A stretch of DNA of 63,781 nucleotides, filler included, from Dirinaria sp. TL-2023a (lineage: Eukaryota), in assembly GCA_051941275.1 (NCBI GenBank). It is 10 parts of 10 records of this genome, joined end to end, with 100 filler letters (N's around TTAATTAATTAA, not from the genome) between each part and the next. Parts side by side here need not be neighbours in the genome. Positions count along the whole stretch, not along the records: positions 57,509 to 63,781 come from JAVEBF010001508.1; 9 more parts are not named here. The stretch is one strand, 5' to 3'. This document shows, piece by piece, positions 62,252-63,781 of the stretch (positions are counted from its first letter, which is position 1; each line of letters starts with the position of its first letter). The translations under genes and the position numbers were made by a program. The notes below the pieces were generated by a model that made no database searches, was not told where the DNA came from, and worked only from the letters and a program-made list of their open reading frames with translations.

Positions 62252-63736
62252 ATGAAGTCATACTACGCAGTCACGGTGTCGGTGTTGTTTGGGTATGCCA
62301 TTGCAGGTCATCACAACGCGCATGAGGTCTATCATAATAAAGTGCGAGATCTCGCCTCACGAGGCGACAATGCGACGTGTGGGTGTACTACGTACTATAC
62401 CACCATCGTCGGCCCCGGAACTTGTAAGTAGAACCTATCGACGCTTTATGCGAATCAACAAGTCATAGATCAGGCTAATCTCCAAGTGATTGAAGTGGTA
62501 CAAGACATCCAGCCGAACACCACAACGACTCACATAACCCGTACCGAGCACGTCAAAGTGACTGTCATCCCTGAAGCCAATTCCACCACCTCCGCGCCGT
62601 CGACAGAGATAACGTCCCACCCGGCGCCTTTACCAGCTTCTCCTAAATCTTACGCTCAATCATCATCATCACCATCTCCCCCTGCTTCAGCTCCTACCAG
62701 CCCCGAGGTTGCTTCCTCAGCCTCCGCTAACTCTCCCATCAATGCCTCCCCTCAACCAGCTCCGGCGCCTTACAAGGCCGCGGCAAAGCCAGTCGCAAAA
62801 CCAGTCCCAGCGCCAGAGAAAGCAGCACCCAAGCCAAACACAGGATCCCATCCCGTTGAACAAGCCCCTGCCCCGAAACCCAACGCGGGTGCTCCAGCGC
62901 CAGAGCACGCTTCAGCACCCATCGCTTCCGGCGGCAGCCAATGGTGCATGACCTACTCGCCCTACACGGCGTCGGGCGGCTGCAAATCCGCCTTAGCCGT
63001 GTCATCGGACGTCGCCGCCATCGCCGCCAAAGGCTTCTCCTCCATCCGGCTCTACAGCACGGACTGCTCGGGCCTGGAGAACGTCGGCTCGGCCGCGTCT
63101 TCGCACGGCCTGAACCTCGTGCTCGGGGTGTTCATCTCGGAAACGGGCATCGGCGCCGCGGCGCAGGAGCAGGTGGACGAAATCACCAATTGGGCCAAGA
63201 CAGCGAAGTGGGACACCGTGGAAATGATCGTGATCGGCAACGAAGCCCTCTTCAACGGCTACTGCACTCCGTCCTCCCTCGCAGAGTTCCTCTCAAACGC
63301 GAAAACCGCGCTCCAAAAAGCCGGCTACACGGGTCCCGTCACGACCACCGAGCCCCTCAATGTCCTACAGGAATACGCCGCCACGCTGTGCCCCGTCATG
63401 GACGTCGCCTCCGCCAACATCCACCCCTTCTTCAACGCCGACGTTACGGCCGCTAGCGCGGGACACTTTGTGGCGACCGAGTTAAGCCTCTTGGCCGCGC
63501 TCTGCCCCGGCGGCAACAAAGATACATATAATCTGGAGACGGGGTGGCCGAACCAGGGCCGTGCGAATGGGGCTGCGTGTCCGGGTGTCGAGGAGCAGAG
63601 GGAGGCTGTGGAGAGTATAAGGCGGATGGCGGGCGGGAAGAGCGCGTTTTTTAGTTTTGAGGACGATCTGTGGAAGGCGGAGGGCGAGTTTGGGGTCGAG
63701 AGGAGCTGGGGCTGTGCCAGTCTTTTTGAGGGGTGA
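62252..63736 (+). CDS. btgE: Secreted GH17 beta-1,3-glucanase/transglycosylase (BtgE/Scw11-like) with a Pro/Ala/Ser-rich linker, 2 exons
   Basis: Signal peptide MKSYYAVTVSVLFGYAIA; CGCTT; WCMTYSPY..GGCKS; IRLYSTDC; VIGNEAL; GYTGPVTTTE; NIHPFF; LETGWP..G.ANG; FSFEDDLWK..FGVERSWG. Confidence 0.92.
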
Positions 63737-63781
63737 TTTGATTTGGATTATAATGTCTTTGGTTGGTGGGGGGAAGGAAAG

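Noticed and set aside
1..63781. Treating the window as one gene cluster or island
   Set aside because: The contigs are length-sorted and unrelated, so adjacency across linkers is meaningless.

Overview
Eukaryotic DNA from a filamentous ascomycete (Pezizomycotina; the gene families suggest a lichen-forming fungus, which is inference). The window is not one locus. It is ten unrelated contigs of 6304-6273 bp, sorted by decreasing length and joined by artificial N44-TTAATTAATTAA-N44 linkers, so no synteny can be read across the gaps. Recognisable intron-containing genes: Nbs1/nibrin, an RPEL-repeat protein, TRAX, GPI14/PIG-M (partial), HIS1, RPS28, NAD-dependent glycerol-3-phosphate dehydrogenase, an APC-family amino acid permease, a PTH11-like rhodopsin-domain membrane protein, NSA2 (partial), a PQ-loop vacuolar transporter, a WD40/DUF2415 protein and a GH17 BtgE/Scw11-like glucanase. 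There are also a large disordered conserved protein, a large C2H2 zinc-finger protein, two paralogous secreted Cys-rich proteins and several hypothetical or pseudogenised loci. Most notable observations: (1) a tandem array of three ~150-nt structured non-coding elements with Pol III signatures (TATA, A box, oligo-T, downstream B box) that are not canonical tRNAs (51135-51960); (2) an ATA codon in a perfect GCCACC-NNN-G context that would add a mitochondrial-presequence-like extension to GPD; (3) a degenerate contig strongly depleted of CC/GG dinucleotides, suggesting a non-canonical RIP-like mutation; (4) a zinc-finger pseudogene with two probable CAA>TAA stops; (5) a pair of duplicated-domain secreted paralogues that differ by one intron.
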